Assembly (NCBI GenBank): GCA_043798445.1
Contig: JAZDOQ010000027.1
Coordinates: forward strand, 1,265 to 65,264
DNA length: 64,000 nucleotides
Reading direction: 5' to 3'
Source of the DNA: Candidatus Gottesmanbacteria bacterium
GTDB lineage: Bacteria > Patescibacteriota > Microgenomatia > UBA10105 > UBA927
The stretch's first letter is position 1, and each line of letters starts with the position of its first letter. A program made the translations under genes and the position numbers. Positions 61,777 through 64,000 of the stretch are shown piece by piece. The notes under the pieces are model-generated. The model was not told the DNA's origin. It saw only the letters and a program-made list of their open reading frames with translations, and did no database searches.

Positions 61777-62385
61777 ATGAAAAAGCATATTATCATAGCA
61801 GGCGCTATTTTAGTCGTTGGATTAACAGTTGCAGGTCTTCTTGTGTTTAAAGATAGAATTTTCAAGAAATCCTCTGTTTCTCAGACGGTTGAAGAAATGA
61901 AAAAAGAAGTAGACCTATGGGAAGACCAAGCAGGATTTTCGTTCCAATATCCAAAAGGAATAGTGATAGATAAACACGATGAAGATACTGAAAATTATGC
62001 ACACCTTGAATTAACCGAAGCCTCACACAAAGGCCGGCTTATTGTGTGGGCAAAGGATACGCTCTACGGAGACGTTGATACGTGGGTAAAAAAAGATGCG
62101 TCTTTGAAAGAGGCTTCCGTCATTGATACGACACTTGGAGGAAAACCGGCAAAAAAAATCATTCTTACTAGTGCAACAAAAAAATTAATAACCGGAGTAA
62201 TTGATGATCAAATTTTGTTTACCATTGAGGCAGAAACAGAAGGAAATGTGTTTTGGCAAGAGACATACGACATAATTGTTCAAAGCTTTGTGTTTACTCC
62301 TATAGTTGGTCAAAAATCATCAGATAACGAGCCGACTATTGAAAATTCAGGTTCTGTTATTGATGAGGAAGAGGTGTTGGAATAA
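61777..62385 (+). CDS. N-terminally membrane-anchored hypothetical protein
   Basis: TM helix IIIAGAILVVGLTVAGLLVF, then a soluble domain and an acidic C-terminus. Confidence 0.4.
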   Translation: MKKHIIIAGAILVVGLTVAGLLVFKDRIFKKSSVSQTVEEMKKEVDLWEDQAGFSFQYPKGIVIDKHDEDTENYAHLELTEASHKGRLIVWAKDTLYGDVDTWVKKDASLKEASVIDTTLGGKPAKKIILTSATKKLITGVIDDQILFTIEAETEGNVFWQETYDIIVQSFVFTPIVGQKSSDNEPTIENSGSVIDEEEVLE

Positions 62386-62420
62386 TCGCGATTTATTATT
62401 CGGTGTGATATACTCTCGCT

Positions 62421-62696
62421 ATGTCTATAAATCTATTTATTGGAAATTTACCATATACGACGGATGATGGTAAGCTCGGCGAAATATTTGCTCCCGCGGG
62501 AGTTGTCGTTTCTGCTCATGTGATTACGGATAAATATTCAGGTCGATCGCGAGGATTTGGATTCGTTGAAATGAGTTCAGACGAAGAAGCAAAAAAAGCA
62601 ATAGAATTATTAAACGGCACGGTCGTCGAAGGAAGACCACTCGTAGTCAATGTTGCGAAACCACCTGCACCAGGCGTAAGTAATGTTATGGTGTAG
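62421..62696 (+). CDS. RRM-type RNA-binding protein
   Basis: RNP-2 LFIGNL and RNP-1 RGFGFVEM; 91 aa. Confidence 0.8.
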   Translation: MSINLFIGNLPYTTDDGKLGEIFAPAGVVVSAHVITDKYSGRSRGFGFVEMSSDEEAKKAIELLNGTVVEGRPLVVNVAKPPAPGVSNVMV

Positions 62697-64000
62697 GAGT
62701 TGGTGATGGAAGTGTCTGGCATCTTCCGCCAGTTGGTTCCGTTCCTCTTATAAAGTATTCCGGTCGACCAAAATAACAGGGAAGTGATACAACATTTTCA
62801 CTTCTTGTGACAATCTCATCCTGCTTATCTTTGAGAAGTTCAACCATAATATCGTGCCAAATAGGAGCAGCCCCAGTAATGCCAGATGAAAGATGGGGAT
62901 TCATCGGAGCATTATCATTGTTTCCAACCCAGACCGTTGTTACATATGATGGCGTATATCCGATGGTCCAATTGTCCCGTTTGTCATTACTTGTTCCGGT
63001 TTTTACGGACACGGTTTTTCCTGGAATTACCAGTGTTGAATTTGGACCAAATGCATTAGTGCGTGCAGCATTATCACTTAATATATTGCTCATAATCCAT
63101 GCAACGTCTTCTTTAACAGCCTGAACACCGCTTTGTACTTTGTTCCGTTCATATACTTTACCGGTATAATCAGTGACCTCTAATATTGACACCACATCTT
63201 TTCGGATGCCGCTATTTGCGAGCGTGCCGAATACTTCTGCCATATCAAGCATGGTGACATCACCTCCACCGAGAGTGATAGATAAGCCATATCGCGATTC
63301 GTCGGTCCATGACCCGATTCCCATTGCTTTTCCTTTTGCAACAATCGAACTAACGCCGAGCCGTGCAGCAAGTTTGACAGCGGGGATGTTGTAGGAATTG
63401 GCAAGTGCGTAGCGAAGCGGTGTAGCACCATGAAATTTTCCATCATAATTCACCGGTGCATACGGAGGATTATTTGGAATAGTATAAACAACAGGAGAAT
63501 CATCAAGAACAGATGCGGCAGTGAACCCATTTTCAAGAGCAAGTGCGTAGGTGACAACCTTAATTGAAGAACCTGGTTGACGAAGCGCGGTTGTAACATT
63601 CACATTGCCATCACGCTTCGCATCAAAATAATTTCTGCTTCCAACCATAGCAAGAATCTCTCCAGTTTTAGGATTTGTCACAAGCGCCGCACCATTTCCA
63701 ACATTGAGTCGTGCAAGACTGTCAATATTTGATGTGACAATATCTTGGATTTTTTCTTGTATGGCGACATCAAGTGAAGTCACAACCCGAAGTCCGCCAT
63801 GTTCCACGCGTCTCGTACCGTACCGTTTTTCAAGAATGTCTTTTATATACATGACAAAATGTGGGGCGCGTATGGAAACATTCGGTGTTGCGAAACGAAT
63901 TGTTTCTGCGTACGCTTCCAGTGCTTCTTCTTTTGTGATATACCCGTCCTCAATCATTCGTCTTAGTACTTCTGCCTGACGATTGAATGCTTTTTCCGGA
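62686..64000 (-). CDS. class A penicillin-binding protein, transpeptidase domain (5' end lies beyond the window)
   Basis: SxxK (GSSIK), SxN (ANSYN) and KTG (KTGTSND) motifs. The reading frame stays open upstream of the annotated Met to the window edge (…PEKAFNRQAEVLRRMIEDG…), consistent with a transglycosylase domain lying outside the window. Confidence 0.75.
   Translation of the reverse strand, partial: PEKAFNRQAEVLRRMIEDGYITKEEALEAYAETIRFATPNVSIRAPHFVMYIKDILEKRYGTRRVEHGGLRVVTSLDVAIQEKIQDIVTSNIDSLARLNVGNGAALVTNPKTGEILAMVGSRNYFDAKRDGNVNVTTALRQPGSSIKVVTYALALENGFTAASVLDDSPVVYTIPNNPPYAPVNYDGKFHGATPLRYALANSYNIPAVKLAARLGVSSIVAKGKAMGIGSWTDESRYGLSITLGGGDVTMLDMAEVFGTLANSGIRKDVVSILEVTDYTGKVYERNKVQSGVQAVKEDVAWIMSNILSDNAARTNAFGPNSTLVIPGKTVSVKTGTSNDKRDNWTIGYTPSYVTTVWVGNNDNAPMNPHLSSGITGAAPIWHDIMVELLKDKQDEIVTRSENVVSLPCYFGRPEYFIRGTEPTGGRCQTLPSPTPTP

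Overview
This 64-kb window is from a low-GC bacterium with short genes and translationally coupled operons. The content (T4SS-pilin arrays, archaeal-type mevalonate operon, desulfoferrodoxin, many Ser tRNAs) suggests a Candidate Phyla Radiation/Patescibacteria-like anaerobe; that assignment is inference. Main contents, in order: (1) 1-15.2 kb: a fragmented type-IV-secretion/conjugation-like pilus module, split into three patches. It has a VirB4-like ATPase with a separate N-terminal-domain ORF, a PrgI/VirB3-like fusion protein, a TM-less VirD4/TraG-like ATPase, a VirB6-like polytopic membrane protein, and six tandem TrbC/VirB2-like 'T4SS pilin' paralogs. Two further pilin genes lie at 23.9-25.1 kb. 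nadD-nadE and a 1273-aa orphan protein are embedded between the ATPase and VirB6/pilin patches. (2) 15.2-23.9 kb: an ECF sigma factor, then a complete archaeal-type mevalonate operon ending in uppS (class I HMG-CoA reductase, HMG-CoA synthase, thiolase, DUF35 scaffold, two GHMP kinases, MVD homolog). (3) 25-31.6 kb: a SpoIID/LytB-domain protein, smpB-ssrA(tmRNA), comF and desulfoferrodoxin. (4) 31.6-38.1 kb: a tRNA-rich accessory-looking stretch with 4 tRNA-Ser isoacceptors and 2 tRNA-Arg, carrying two families of repeated motifs, a small GIY-YIG nuclease gene, HD-domain genes and Cys-rich secreted proteins. (5) 38-46 kb: surE, dedA, dnaG-rpoD and Nudix genes. (6) 46.1-54 kb: tRNA-Asn followed by eight single-gene cassettes (GIY-YIG, 519-aa orphan, S8 protease, GNAT, Fic, LD-carboxypeptidase, small ORF pair, PRTase). 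They are separated by conserved hairpin-forming repeats that are degenerate copies of the tRNA-Asn 3' half, and the first repeat is an exact 17-nt duplication. This is an integron-like tandem integration array with no integrase in the window, and it is the most interesting system here. (7) 54-64 kb: a P-type ATPase, a type IV pilin-like protein, a SET-domain protein overlapping a triple zinc-ribbon protein, patatin, uppP, ferredoxin, an RRM protein and a partial class A PBP. No rRNA, CRISPR array or transposase was recognised.
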